Below are positions 1 through 10,539 of a DNA stretch of 61,189 nucleotides, piece by piece. Within the stretch, counting starts at the first letter, position 1. Every line of letters starts with the position of its first letter. A program made the position numbers and the translations under genes. A model generated the notes under the pieces. That model made no database searches. It worked only from the letters and a program-made list of their open reading frames with translations, and had not been told where the DNA came from. This stretch comes from Candidatus Coprosoma intestinipullorum. GTDB lineage: Bacteria > Bacillota_I > Bacilli_A > RF39 > UBA660. The stretch covers positions 1-61,189 of the forward strand of contig DVFV01000096.1 in assembly GCA_018713045.1 (NCBI GenBank), written 5' to 3'.

Positions 1-704
1 CCAGTTTCACCTTTGTCACCTTTGTCACCTTTGTCGCCTTTTTCACCTTGAATACCTTGTAAACCTTGAGGACCTTGTGGACCTTGTTCTCCAGTGTCGC
101 CTTTGTCTCCTTTATCTCCTTTAGGTCCTTGCGGTCCTTCTGGACCTACTGGACCAACTTCTCCTTGAATACCTTGTGGTCCTTGTGGGCCGATAAATTC
201 GCCATTCTCAAGCTTCTTATTTATCTCATCGACTAAATCGTTTGCGCTTTCGGTGGCTTTATCTAATTCGTCTATTGACTCTTGTACTTGATTTAAGCCA
301 TTTTGAAGTGCTTGCATATATTGCTCAAATTGAGTCGGTGTGATTTTTTGAGACTCTTCGGCGGTTGGGTCGTAAGAACCTAATTCAACATTGAAATAAT
401 CAGGATGAGGACTATAACGAAGTTCTAATTTATCATTGTTTATTTTATAAGCGTAAACGCCAACTAATATTTTTCCTTTTTCTGATAAAATTTCCGCTGG
501 AATCTGACATTCATTATTTATAATTGAAGTCTGATAAGATTTACCGATAAGTATATTTGTGAATAATGCATTAATAACTAAATCAGAAGTGTATTCATTT
601 GAAAAATCAAAGGTTAATTTATTAACGTTGTATTCTCCTTGATGAACCTCATTATTATCTTTATTTAAAATTTTTACAGTATCTTTGGTTGCTTTTATAT
701 GCAT
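1..704 (-). CDS. Tail fibre / baseplate-upper (BppU-N-like) protein with collagen-like G-X-Y repeats; C-terminal part runs off the window
   Basis: ATG at 704, translating [38 protein letters not shown]. Positions 1..190 encode [40 protein letters not shown]... The ORF is open to position 1. Confidence 0.6.
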   Translation of the reverse strand, partial: MHIKATKDTVKILNKDNNEVHQGEYNVNKLTFDFSNEYTSDLVINALFTNILIGKSYQTSIINNECQIPAEILSEKGKILVGVYAYKINNDKLELRYSPHPDYFNVELGSYDPTAEESQKITPTQFEQYMQALQNGLNQVQESIDELDKATESANDLVDEINKKLENGEFIGPQGPQGIQGEVGPVGPEGPQGPKGDKGDKGDTGEQGPQGPQGLQGIQGEKGDKGDKGDKGET

Positions 705-705
705 G

Positions 706-957
706 TTACTCACCTTCTTTTAATTTAGATAAATCGGCTATACCACCAGCACCCATTGAAGCAACTAAACAAAGTACTAGAGCTTGAAGCAAATTTGGTT
801 CTATCTTTGTAAAATAACAAATTAAACCAGCAATTATACCAATTATGACATTTTGAATTGGTATATATTTACTAGGTACTTTATCAACAAAACATTTTGT
901 AATAGCCCCACATATATAAGTTATTATTGTAATTATCACTACATAAGTTATCTCCAT
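706..957 (-). CDS. Putative holin (small protein with 2-3 TM segments, Hol44-like pattern)
   Basis: 83 aa with hydrophobic segments and a charged C-terminus (LSKLKEGE). Contains a [20 protein letters not shown]-type motif. Confidence 0.45.
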   Translation of the reverse strand: MEITYVVIITIITYICGAITKCFVDKVPSKYIPIQNVIIGIIAGLICYFTKIEPNLLQALVLCLVASMGAGGIADLSKLKEGE

Positions 958-958
958 A

Positions 959-1234
959 TTATTTTTTCTCCTTTTCTTTTAAAATTTTAAGTATTTCACT
1001 TGTCTTTTTATTTTCATTTTGCATGCTTTCTTGCAGTAAATCTAATGATTTTGATAAATTTTCATTATCTTCTTTAATCGATACTAAAAACTTTGAAATA
1101 TTCTCATTGCTTTCTTTAATAGCAACTAATGTCTGAGTTGTTATTTTTCTGTTTGTAAGCCAGTCGTAGATAAATAAAAAAACTATGATATATCCAACAC
1201 CATAGTTAAATAGAACTTTAATCACTTCTTCCAT
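959..1234 (-). CDS. BhlA/UviB-like holin-type protein (N-terminal TM plus coiled coil)
   Basis: 91 aa. One N-terminal TM (GYIIVFLFIYDWL) is followed by TNRK and a long heptad-like coil. Confidence 0.4.
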   Translation of the reverse strand: MEEVIKVLFNYGVGYIIVFLFIYDWLTNRKITTQTLVAIKESNENISKFLVSIKEDNENLSKSLDLLQESMQNENKKTSEILKILKEKEKK

Positions 1235-1418
1235 TTTCTAAGTTCTCCACTCTATTTTCTATTGCTATAATTCTCTTTTCAACTTGTTTCCAACGTTCAT
1301 TACCTGCTTCTTTTCGATTTTCATAATCATTATTTTCAAAAAGAGCAAAACAAACATTGGCAATCATAAATATAATTAATAAAACAACCATCACAGTTGT
1401 TCTTTTTGTATTTTCCAT
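1218..1418 (-). CDS. Small membrane protein (TM plus coiled coil)
   Basis: 66 aa with TM segment VMVVLLIIFMIANVCFALF followed by a charged coil. Overlaps the next gene, consistent with translational coupling. Confidence 0.35.
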   Translation of the reverse strand: MENTKRTTVMVVLLIIFMIANVCFALFENNDYENRKEAGNERWKQVEKRIIAIENRVENLENGRSD

Positions 1419-1433
1419 AACATCATTTCTCCT

Positions 1434-3635
1434 TTATCTCGAATAAATCTTTACTCTTGTTCCTTTATGAAATTTACCATCATTTCCTATAGAAAATCTT
1501 ATACTCGTTATGTTTTCTATAGGTGTTGTATTACCACCTTCCATAAGTGATATTGCGTTATCGCCTGAACTTGATGAATTATAATTAACTCTATAGTTCA
1601 TCTTATAAGAATTCGGATTATCAACTTGTTTCAGTAATCTTAAATCCATTGTTATAAAACTAGGATAATCACTAAATTGTGTGCCGTGTGTCCAATAATA
1701 TATCCCATTTATACCCGCTCTATATGAACCGTTCATATCTCCATCTGCATCTATAGAACTACCACTTCTGGCTGCAAATGCATAGAAATAATATTCATTT
1801 CCTATATCATTCATTTGTATGCAAACATCATCATTAGTTGTACAAGAAAACGTAAGTTCAACTTTATAAAAACCGCCGTCTTTTAGAATATCTAAATCGT
1901 CTATTCTTATTTCGGAGCTTTCATTATCTAATACATATTCTCTAATTAAACCTCTTTCTGACTGACTCTCGATATTTAATTTCCCTTTAATATTTACGTC
2001 TCCATGGAATGTCTCTAAATAGTTATCATCTGGCATTCCACCAACACCGATATGATAATTACCATCATAATCCTTAGAAATAGTGTCTAAAAACTTTCCA
2101 GGGTCAACAGACGTGTCTAATTGATATGTTCCGACAGATATATCTAAATCTTCTCTTTCTAATACAGTTGGATCTAAGACAAAAGCGTCTTTACGATAAA
2201 TACCATCGGTTAATCTAAATTGAATTTGAACAGAATCATTAACAGGAAATTTTGTAGCAACAATTTCTTCTGGTGGCCCTTCATGTTCCTCAGTGATTAA
2301 CCAATCACTTATACCTATATTATTGTTTTCGTCAATTATAATTACGTCAGATGGAATATCCCACCAAATAGACCATTTTACTTGACCATCAGTAATTTCT
2401 AACGGATATCTAAACTGGAGCTGTCGAATTTCATTTTTTAGACTTCCTAAATCATCATTTTCCCAATTTCCGTTCCATATACTTGCATTTAAATTTAAGG
2501 ATACCTCTTCGCTAATGCCATCTGACCTTTTTAGTTCAATATGGTCAATTTTAGGAACAACATAATCGCTTACTTTTAATTTGTATGTTTTCGAAGTTTC
2601 TAATCCTCTTGAATCTATCACAGTAAGTATCAAATCTACATTACCTGATATGCCATTAGGAACTGCAATACCACTATCCAAAAAATCATCTTCACCTCTA
2701 TTAAATTCTGCAATATTACCATTTAAATTTATACGAAATTTCACTAAATTTGCACCTTTTTTCCCTATATGGTCATCAGCTCTATAATGTTCCACCGTTA
2801 AATTTCCAAAACCAGAAATTATTGTTCCAGTAGGCAATATCTGCGTAACTGTACCACCCATCTGGTCGTTTCGCCAATATTCATAATGTAAAAACAATTG
2901 TGTTGGAAACAATGGATAACACTCTTCTTTACGAATACTGCATGTTGAATAAGCCGAATTTGTTCCTATGTTTGTCGAACCGTTATAAGTAGTACACTTA
3001 ACCTCAACAGTACAGGTTTGTTGCGTAGGCATAGAGTTATATACCTGTTCTATTTCATCATCAGTAAGCTGAACAGTAACAGAAGTATCAATATGTTCTA
3101 GTGTTCTAATAGTTTGACCATTAATTATCAATTCAATAGTGTGAGTAAATCCGTCCCACGTTCTATTTGTATTGATATTAATTAAATCTCCAATTGTGAA
3201 ATTATTAACAGATGGATGGCTAGCTCTTTGAATGGTTGGTAAATTTATCCAACCAGATACTGAACCACCACTAATACCACTAACTCCGCTTATATTAAAT
3301 TCCCCTTGCAAAGTAATGCCCTTAGTACCATCTGCATTATGCCAAATTGTATAAGTAGCTTCTTGAAGTAAATAGCTCTGTCCGTTTCGTGTATCTACAT
3401 TTCCATTACCACCTACTACATTGCCGTTATCATATTTTATACATCTATATTGCCGACCATTTAAATTATAAGCACTATTTGCATATCCGTCATTACGTCT
3501 TACGTAAAGTTTTGCATTTATAGTTGAAGTGTTATTGTTTATATCTTGACTCAGTAAATTCCATTCTATCCATACATCATATCTTCCAGCATTGGAACCC
3601 CAACAAGAACCATTAATCGTTGCCATTATTATCAC
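1434..3635 (-). CDS. Large tail / host-specificity protein (DUF859-like N-terminus)
   Basis: 733 aa. The N-terminus (GSCWGSNAGRYDVWIEWNLLSQDINNNTSTINAKLYVRRN) resembles the siphovirus DUF859 pattern. Sits downstream of the Tal-like gene. Confidence 0.45.
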   Translation of the reverse strand: MIIMATINGSCWGSNAGRYDVWIEWNLLSQDINNNTSTINAKLYVRRNDGYANSAYNLNGRQYRCIKYDNGNVVGGNGNVDTRNGQSYLLQEATYTIWHNADGTKGITLQGEFNISGVSGISGGSVSGWINLPTIQRASHPSVNNFTIGDLININTNRTWDGFTHTIELIINGQTIRTLEHIDTSVTVQLTDDEIEQVYNSMPTQQTCTVEVKCTTYNGSTNIGTNSAYSTCSIRKEECYPLFPTQLFLHYEYWRNDQMGGTVTQILPTGTIISGFGNLTVEHYRADDHIGKKGANLVKFRINLNGNIAEFNRGEDDFLDSGIAVPNGISGNVDLILTVIDSRGLETSKTYKLKVSDYVVPKIDHIELKRSDGISEEVSLNLNASIWNGNWENDDLGSLKNEIRQLQFRYPLEITDGQVKWSIWWDIPSDVIIIDENNNIGISDWLITEEHEGPPEEIVATKFPVNDSVQIQFRLTDGIYRKDAFVLDPTVLEREDLDISVGTYQLDTSVDPGKFLDTISKDYDGNYHIGVGGMPDDNYLETFHGDVNIKGKLNIESQSERGLIREYVLDNESSEIRIDDLDILKDGGFYKVELTFSCTTNDDVCIQMNDIGNEYYFYAFAARSGSSIDADGDMNGSYRAGINGIYYWTHGTQFSDYPSFITMDLRLLKQVDNPNSYKMNYRVNYNSSSSGDNAISLMEGGNTTPIENITSIRFSIGNDGKFHKGTRVKIYSR

Positions 3636-3642
3636 CTTTCTT

Positions 3643-5607
3643 TTAGTCTTTTATATATCTGACATAAAAATCACTACTGCCTATAGTTATCTTTTTATTT
3701 ACTAATTCTTGCTCATAGATTTCAGTACACTCTAATGTTTTAGTTTTCGTTCCGTCGGCATCAAAATACGTTATCCTATCTCCAATTTCGTTTCTACTAT
3801 AGTTTCTTATATCTAGGCCTTGTGATCCAAGCATAACTGCAGTATTACTACCTGCTCCGTAAATTATTAATCCTAATTTATAAAACTTCATAACTGTTGA
3901 GCTAATTTCTCCTGATGCTGGTTCCCATGAAGTCTTATCTCCCTTTGCAAGCATTAAATCAGTAACTAATGAAGTACCAGTATCAACAAGAGAAGTAGAA
4001 GAAATTTCTAATACTAAATTAGCAGTATCTGCAACAAATGTGAAAGAGTATTCTTGTAATTCGATACTCTCTGATATCTCTTGCTCATAAATAGTATCAT
4101 TACCTAATAATCTAATTTTTAACGTTGTATTTTCATCGTTTGATGCTTTATATGACAAGGTATAAGTTTCTCCTATAAAAATATTTGTAATATTATCATT
4201 AGTAGTTGTAGTATTAGCATTAGATAGTTGTAGTTTAGAAGCAGATACCGTTTTACCAACTAACGACTGGTCATATCCACCAAAAATTGTACCGGTTTCA
4301 GAGTCGTTCCATAAACTATTTCCAAACAATCTAACAGAATTATTTATCATATTAGATCCGCCAGTTATTTGTATAGATGAAATTATGCTTTCCGCAGTTT
4401 GTGTAACCTCACTAAGCTTTTCCGTCATATTTTCGTCAATTTCAGTTAATGAAGTTTTTATATTATCTGTTTCCATGGTAAGGTTTGCAATTTCAGATGT
4501 ATTACCATCTGTTTTCTGAGTTAACAATTCAATTTTCCCGCTTTCTTCATCCAACAAAGCATGTAATCTTTTTATTTTATTTGGAGTAGATATTTTTTGA
4601 ACATTACTCATTTTTTTTGAAGAATTTAATGTTGTTTTAATATTACCAATAAACCCCATGTTATAATTCCATGATGATTTTTGAATAAAAGTTTGTTTTC
4701 CCATAAATTTAATAATATCTCCAGTATCCCAAGCTGGATCTACTAGCATTTTGAAATTTGCACTTTGAAAGTGTAGTCCGTTTAAAGCGTTGTATATATT
4801 TTCTACTTCGGCTTCAGAACAAACAAAAACATTCTCATCGCTCAAAAAGACAACTTCACCCGTATCATCACCAAAAGACCATTTATTAACAGCATTTTCA
4901 TAAGTAACACCTGTGATTGTCTTTAAACTATCATAATCTTCAAGTTCAATTAAATCTTCTTCATCCTCAGTTAACGTGATAACATCAGCATCACTAAAAG
5001 TATGAATACACAATTTGCCATTTCTATCGATTTTGGCGTATCCGCCTGCTCTTTCAGCTAAAAATTGAATATAATTTCTCGCAGTAATTGTATTATCATA
5101 AACATCTACTTGAACATCACCATTAATAAAACTATCACTGCCAACTTCTACATTACATTTTTTGCAAATATCCTGATAAAGTTCATATCGAGTGCATGGT
5201 ACAACATCGCTACCATCATAATTAATATCAAGCCTATTCATATAATCATATAAAGTAAATTTAGTATATTCCGCAGCAGATGTATCAGGCTCTTTTCCTA
5301 CATCATAAATTCCTATCGGTATCCATTCAGTAGTCCCATCTTCAAGTATTTGTCCATAATCGATAGATACTGAAGTAATATCTTCTGGTTTTACTTTAAA
5401 TCCTCTATTATCCATAGTTAATTTTACAGTTTGAATAATAGCACTTCCGAGAGCGAAGTTCTCGCTCTCGAAACAACTATCATCTAATTTAAGTTCTTTT
5501 AAATAATTATAATCAATTTCTTCGCCATTCATTTTAATACGAATGTTGCTAAGTGGGTCACTTGAAAAAACTCTTTTCTTATATAAATCAGAAGTCTTAT
5601 ATGCCAT
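3643..5607 (-). CDS. Tail-associated minor structural protein (prophage-tail / antireceptor N-terminal type)
   Basis: 654 aa located two genes after the tape measure gene. The N-terminal region resembles the phage minor structural protein N-terminal family. Confidence 0.5.
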   Translation of the reverse strand: MAYKTSDLYKKRVFSSDPLSNIRIKMNGEEIDYNYLKELKLDDSCFESENFALGSAIIQTVKLTMDNRGFKVKPEDITSVSIDYGQILEDGTTEWIPIGIYDVGKEPDTSAAEYTKFTLYDYMNRLDINYDGSDVVPCTRYELYQDICKKCNVEVGSDSFINGDVQVDVYDNTITARNYIQFLAERAGGYAKIDRNGKLCIHTFSDADVITLTEDEEDLIELEDYDSLKTITGVTYENAVNKWSFGDDTGEVVFLSDENVFVCSEAEVENIYNALNGLHFQSANFKMLVDPAWDTGDIIKFMGKQTFIQKSSWNYNMGFIGNIKTTLNSSKKMSNVQKISTPNKIKRLHALLDEESGKIELLTQKTDGNTSEIANLTMETDNIKTSLTEIDENMTEKLSEVTQTAESIISSIQITGGSNMINNSVRLFGNSLWNDSETGTIFGGYDQSLVGKTVSASKLQLSNANTTTTNDNITNIFIGETYTLSYKASNDENTTLKIRLLGNDTIYEQEISESIELQEYSFTFVADTANLVLEISSTSLVDTGTSLVTDLMLAKGDKTSWEPASGEISSTVMKFYKLGLIIYGAGSNTAVMLGSQGLDIRNYSRNEIGDRITYFDADGTKTKTLECTEIYEQELVNKKITIGSSDFYVRYIKD

Positions 5608-5993
5608 TATTGACCATTAACCTTTTTCTTTTGAGTCACACTAAAAGAAACTTTCCATTTCGTTTTATCAGTGTTTTCTGCACTTTCAGTACTAATCATA
5701 TCAACTTGCCTTTTAGAACATCTAAAAGGTGCTGATAAAACTTTACCACCTAAAATTGGACATTTAAGTTCTAAATTCATAGGATTTTTCCAAGTCTCAG
5801 ACATTAATTCTTCTGCCTCAGCTTCTGTTAAGTAATTCCATGTAAAAGAGGCTTTAACAAGCCCCTTAGCAATTACCTTATCAATAAGCGAAGCATTAGC
5901 AGTAGATCTATAACTATCTACATCAATATCTTCAATAGCAAGAGAAAAAGAACCCGGACTTTTCATAAGTTTACCATCACTTTTCCAAACCAT
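5607..5993 (-). CDS. Putative short distal tail protein
   Basis: 128 aa immediately after the tape measure gene, with ATGA-type overlaps on both sides. Confidence 0.35.
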   Translation of the reverse strand: MVWKSDGKLMKSPGSFSLAIEDIDVDSYRSTANASLIDKVIAKGLVKASFTWNYLTEAEAEELMSETWKNPMNLELKCPILGGKVLSAPFRCSKRQVDMISTESAENTDKTKWKVSFSVTQKKKVNGQ

Positions 5994-8857
5994 TAATAAC
6001 CACCATCCTTAATAATTTGTACACCTTTAATTTTTTGCTGTTCATTAATATACTCAAGGTTTTCATCCATAATATTTTTGCCCAAATAGTTAATGCTTAA
6101 TCTATCAACTCTAGTACCACCTAATTCAAATTCAGATAATACTTCTCTAAAGCTATCTTTCATAAGACTAACTGGTGAAGTAATTTCTGGGTTACTTTTA
6201 GCATTTGAATATTCACCGAAAATGGCTAGTGTTTCATCATACGCAACATTACCTTTTTCTAATCTAGGTAAAGATACATTGCCAATAGTTTCAAATTTAA
6301 AGTTCTTAATTCCAACAGCCTTTAAAACTGAATTTCCTACCTTGGTAAGTGGCTTTAGTAGAGAATTAAGACCTTTGATAACAAAATTAATCATTGATTC
6401 GAAACCACCAATGATAGCATTTAGTATATTTTTTATAATACCCCAAACTGAGTCAAAAGCAATTTTAAACACGTTTTTTATGCCCTCACAGACATTTGAC
6501 ACTATATCTTTTAAACCATTAAAAGCTTTATTCCAATCACCAGTAAATACACCCTGAATAAATTCTAAAACACCTCTAGCAGCGTCAATTATATTATTAA
6601 TCAGTTTAGACACTTCTTTGATAATTGGTTCTAAATACTTTTCAATTTGATCAATTATTTTATCGATTATCGGGTTTACAGTATCCCAAACAAGTTTAAT
6701 AGTATTGATTAAATCACTAATCAAATCTAATAAATTATCTAAAACAGGTTTAGCATATTTCTCATACATTTCAACAAGCCAAGCAGCTATATCTTTAATC
6801 CATTTTAAAATATCATCTATAACTTGAAAGATAGCATCTAATGCTTTTTTAAAATCTTCACTTGTAACCCATTCAAGTAAACTATCTTTGATAAGTTTAG
6901 AAAATTCTAATATGCTTTTAACTACATTTAAAACACTTTCAATTGAACTCTTAAAAACATCACTAAGCACCCATTCTTTAAAATAGCCACCAACAGTATT
7001 AACAATCTCTGCATTTTCATTAATATTATCAAAAATAAGTTGAATAATCTGTTCGCCAAGACCTGTCTGTGCCCACACTTCAGATACACTGTTAGCTATA
7101 CCACCAACGATATCAAAAATGTTCGTAAAACCAATTAATATATTATTTACAAATTCCTCACCAGTACCATTAGTCCAAACATTTTCAAAACTTTGATATA
7201 TTGCACCTGCTAAATCAACAACATCACCTGTTGCATCTTTTAAGCTATTAATAACTCCTTGACCATAAGTATCCCATGAAGCTTTGATTGGTTCAAAAAG
7301 TTTCTTTGCATGTTTCTGAATTACTGCAAATGCACTTTTTACCTTATCAGCAAACGCATCAACTGCACTTGTATCAATAGGTTCAACAGTTATAGGCTTA
7401 TAATCATTGCTACTACCATCATTGCCACTATTCGTATTTTGATTAGTAGTTAAATTATTTAAATCATCAAGACCACTTAATTGCTTATTTTGTTCTTTTT
7501 GAGCTTTAGTTGCTTTATTAGTCGCATCGGCTTGACTTTTTAATCCTTTAGCATTAGCCCTAGCTACCAAATCAATACCGGTTAAAGCTTTCACGAATGC
7601 AGCTATGTAACTAACAACTTTTGCAAAAAGATTAGCTACATATTCAAGTGCTGGAGCAAGTAATGAACCTAATACACTCCACGAATTTTGAATACTATCC
7701 GAAAGTTGAGTATCATAAACTAAATAAGCTTGTGCAGCCTTGCTAACTAAAGAATAAGCAGTTTGAATACTAAGCAATCCAGCTGCAAATCTTTTTATAC
7801 TGCCTATACCTTTTTCAAAAACACTTCCTAAATTACCAAGTCCCTTCGAGCTTTTATTAACATCGTCCGTTTTTTTCTTAAGATTTGTTAGAGTACTAAT
7901 TATTCCCTTTACACCACTAGTTGCCTTGCTAGTTCCAGATTTTATTGAATTAAATAAATTTTGAACTCTAGAACCCACATCTATAATTTTGTCTTTAATC
8001 ATATCAAAAGGAATAGCCAAAGAATTACCAATGTTTCCAAGCTTACCCATACCTTGAGAAAAAGCATTTTTAACGCTATTAGTTACATCTTTAGTTTTAT
8101 TTAGTAAAGGACTCGTATTTATCCAATTACTTGTATCTATAGATAAAGAAGATATTTTAGATATTGCTTCATTAACTGCTGCACTAATTTTTGAAACAAT
8201 AGGATTAGCATTTATTTTTTCAATAGCACTATCAATTGAGTTTGTAATTGTAGGGAATTGTCTTTGAATTTCACCTATAACATTATCAAAGGCTTGTTTT
8301 AAAGTAGTAATTTCTTGGAGCGAAGCATTAGTGTCAAGCTTAGGTGCTGAGCCACTACCTTGAACATCAACTTTAGCTGTAGTAGTTCCCATACTACTTT
8401 GTAAATTAGCAATTTGTTTTTGTGCTTCAGACAAATCTACTTTAGGTTTTATTTCTTCAGTATCAAATGCTTTTATTTGATCCATGAAATCCACTACTTC
8501 ATCGACATTTTCAAGTTTTACTCCAATACGACCATCAGAAACTTTTAAAACATCATTGAATTTAGCTTTAATTTCATCTAGTTTCTTAGTATCAATGCCA
8601 TCAAACATACCATTAAATACATAAGTTGATTTTGATTTTAAACTGTCCATAGTTTTTGAAATATCTTTGCTGGCATTATTGACTACTTTCTTAGCGTTAG
8701 CAATTTCTTTACTTATATTAGAACTTAAATTTATTTTGTTTGTATTATTATTTAAGTTTTGTAATTCTTTTTTTACTTCATTTGTAAATTTTTTGATATT
8801 TGAGCGAGCTTCTTCTACTTTAGCTTTTATTACGATTTCTAATTCTTCTACTGTCAT
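5993..8857 (-). CDS. Tail tape measure protein
   Basis: 954 aa, coil-rich with hydrophobic central segments. Sits after the chaperone pair and before the distal tail genes. Confidence 0.8.
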   Translation of the reverse strand: MTVEELEIVIKAKVEEARSNIKKFTNEVKKELQNLNNNTNKINLSSNISKEIANAKKVVNNASKDISKTMDSLKSKSTYVFNGMFDGIDTKKLDEIKAKFNDVLKVSDGRIGVKLENVDEVVDFMDQIKAFDTEEIKPKVDLSEAQKQIANLQSSMGTTTAKVDVQGSGSAPKLDTNASLQEITTLKQAFDNVIGEIQRQFPTITNSIDSAIEKINANPIVSKISAAVNEAISKISSLSIDTSNWINTSPLLNKTKDVTNSVKNAFSQGMGKLGNIGNSLAIPFDMIKDKIIDVGSRVQNLFNSIKSGTSKATSGVKGIISTLTNLKKKTDDVNKSSKGLGNLGSVFEKGIGSIKRFAAGLLSIQTAYSLVSKAAQAYLVYDTQLSDSIQNSWSVLGSLLAPALEYVANLFAKVVSYIAAFVKALTGIDLVARANAKGLKSQADATNKATKAQKEQNKQLSGLDDLNNLTTNQNTNSGNDGSSNDYKPITVEPIDTSAVDAFADKVKSAFAVIQKHAKKLFEPIKASWDTYGQGVINSLKDATGDVVDLAGAIYQSFENVWTNGTGEEFVNNILIGFTNIFDIVGGIANSVSEVWAQTGLGEQIIQLIFDNINENAEIVNTVGGYFKEWVLSDVFKSSIESVLNVVKSILEFSKLIKDSLLEWVTSEDFKKALDAIFQVIDDILKWIKDIAAWLVEMYEKYAKPVLDNLLDLISDLINTIKLVWDTVNPIIDKIIDQIEKYLEPIIKEVSKLINNIIDAARGVLEFIQGVFTGDWNKAFNGLKDIVSNVCEGIKNVFKIAFDSVWGIIKNILNAIIGGFESMINFVIKGLNSLLKPLTKVGNSVLKAVGIKNFKFETIGNVSLPRLEKGNVAYDETLAIFGEYSNAKSNPEITSPVSLMKDSFREVLSEFELGGTRVDRLSINYLGKNIMDENLEYINEQQKIKGVQIIKDGGY

Positions 8858-8863
8858 AAGCCA

Positions 8864-9157
8864 CTATTTTCCTTTCCTTGACCGTAGATTCCTTATTTGT
8901 TCCTCATACGATTGAGGTTTATTTGTATCAAGCTCTTCTCTAAATAATTCTCTAAATACATCTTTAATAAGAGATTTATTTTTTGGCCTACTCCATGACA
9001 ATGCACCTATAATTTTATTTGCCATCGCTTCACAAATAACGATAGTATCTTTTCTTTCTTCTTTTCTGAATTTTGCACATGCTTCTACATAGGTTTTAAC
9101 GTCTCTATAAGTAGAATTCCAAAATTCATTAGGCATCATTCCACATTGATATGCCAA
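8864..9157 (-). CDS. Tail assembly chaperone, T part (probably made as a -1 frameshift extension of the upstream ORF)
   Basis: This frame is -1 relative to ORF 9190..9648. It stays open upstream through at least 9250, across a GAAAAAG run at 9237..9243. The standalone start would be TTG. Confidence 0.45.
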   Translation of the reverse strand: MAYQCGMMPNEFWNSTYRDVKTYVEACAKFRKEERKDTIVICEAMANKIIGALSWSRPKNKSLIKDVFRELFREELDTNKPQSYEEQIRNLRSRKGK

Positions 9158-9189
9158 TGGCTCAATTTCGTAAATTAAATCAATAAAAT

Positions 9190-9648
9190 CTAAGCTTTGT
9201 AACCGCGAAACTCCTCTGATACGACGTCTGTAATAGCTTTTTCTGTTGACTGTGAAATCATCTTTTTCATGTCTAATCCCGCCATCGGATTGTCCATTGC
9301 TGATTTCAACTGATCCTTCGTCATCTTCTCGTTGAAAAAACCCATCTCATTAATTGCTTCACCGAGTTCATTAAATAAATCATTATAGCTTTTATTTTGT
9401 TCACTTCTAATAGTATCTATAAAATCGTAAACATCATAAACGTTATTAAATGGTTTGCCTTTTCTGTCTTCATTTTCAGCAAAACTATAGATAATATTTG
9501 CTAAACCTTCGATATTTTTATCATTTACAACACTAAAAAAATATTCATTTAAATTTTTAGCCTTATTTTCTTTTGTCATTGTAACAATTTTACGCGTAGT
9601 AGGTACTAATTCTACTGTTTTATTTTCTGTTTTTAAAATCATTTTCAT
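9190..9648 (-). CDS. Tail assembly chaperone, G part (start uncertain)
   Basis: Lies between the major tail and tape measure genes. RBS AAAGAGGA precedes MKMILKTENK. Confidence 0.5.
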   Translation of the reverse strand: MKMILKTENKTVELVPTTRKIVTMTKENKAKNLNEYFFSVVNDKNIEGLANIIYSFAENEDRKGKPFNNVYDVYDFIDTIRSEQNKSYNDLFNELGEAINEMGFFNEKMTKDQLKSAMDNPMAGLDMKKMISQSTEKAITDVVSEEFRGYKA

Positions 9649-9691
9649 TCCTCTTTCTAATTTAATTAAAATAAAAAAGGTTTCCCATAGA

Positions 9692-10141
9692 TTACTCACT
9701 AACTGGGAAACCTTTACTCTCTAATACTTCACTACTTCTGTAAAGTGTAATATTTTCTTGAAGCATACCACCAATTTCAATAGCATCCATTCCCAAATCG
9801 CAGTCAGCAGTAAAGTAAAATGTTAACGGTTTACCTGCTTCTGATGCTGTTGCATCTGGTAATTTAATAAACCAATAACTATCGTTATTAGCATCTGCTA
9901 ATTCTTTTAATTTATCGTGCTGATTTTCTGTGAATAAAATAGGAATAGTCAAAGTCTCAGCTTTTCTACTTCCTTTTGCTTGTTGCTCTTCATTCAAATC
10001 TAACGCATTATAAGTAATCGCTTCCTTAGCTTGTTTTAATGCTGGAATTGATTGAACATAAGCGACCTGCGTTCTTTCTCCATTCAATGTTGGAGCATTC
10101 CACAACGTAGTTAATGTACTAACTTGTGGTTTCATACACAT
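9692..10141 (-). CDS. Putative major tail protein
   Basis: 149 aa, positioned directly upstream of the chaperone pair. Confidence 0.45.
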   Translation of the reverse strand: MCMKPQVSTLTTLWNAPTLNGERTQVAYVQSIPALKQAKEAITYNALDLNEEQQAKGSRKAETLTIPILFTENQHDKLKELADANNDSYWFIKLPDATASEAGKPLTFYFTADCDLGMDAIEIGGMLQENITLYRSSEVLESKGFPVSE

Positions 10142-10149
10142 CTTCCTTT

Positions 10150-10539
10150 CTACTTCGTTCTATCAAACGAATTTGTTAATCCATTAAAAAACACCTCAAA
10201 AGAATATCCTCTTCGGTGCTTACTTGTAATCTCATCATAAAGTTCGGTTGGAGTGCCTACTTTAGTAAGGTTTAAATCTCTTAGTTTTATCGCAACTTTA
10301 TCCATAATAGCCATAGTTTCATATTTGCTAGTAGACCAGACTTCTATACTAATTTGAAACCGTGTTTTTACGGGTACTTTATCTTCAGTTATAAGAATAC
10401 TTGATAAAGTATTACCAACAGTTATACATGGATACTTTGCATTTGTATCAGGATTTGTTAATAAAGTGTTATATCCTAATTCCTCAACTGAATTTTCAAC
10501 AATTCGAGTAAACTCTTCTTCAGTAAGTTCATGTATCAT
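10150..10539 (-). CDS. Putative tail completion / tail terminator protein
   Basis: 129 aa. Call is based on position in the head-tail joining block. Confidence 0.35.
   Translation of the reverse strand: MIHELTEEEFTRIVENSVEELGYNTLLTNPDTNAKYPCITVGNTLSSILITEDKVPVKTRFQISIEVWSTSKYETMAIMDKVAIKLRDLNLTKVGTPTELYDEITSKHRRGYSFEVFFNGLTNSFDRTK

Noticed and set aside
6093-6557. 154-aa plus-strand ORF inside the tape measure gene, and similar antisense ORFs (2581..2787, 5065..5253, 8667..8915, 16156..16368, 16772..17002 and others)
   Set aside because: They are antisense to long, well-supported phage genes. They are low-complexity Leu/Phe/Ile/Ser-rich translations typical of AT-rich antisense frames, and they have no RBS.
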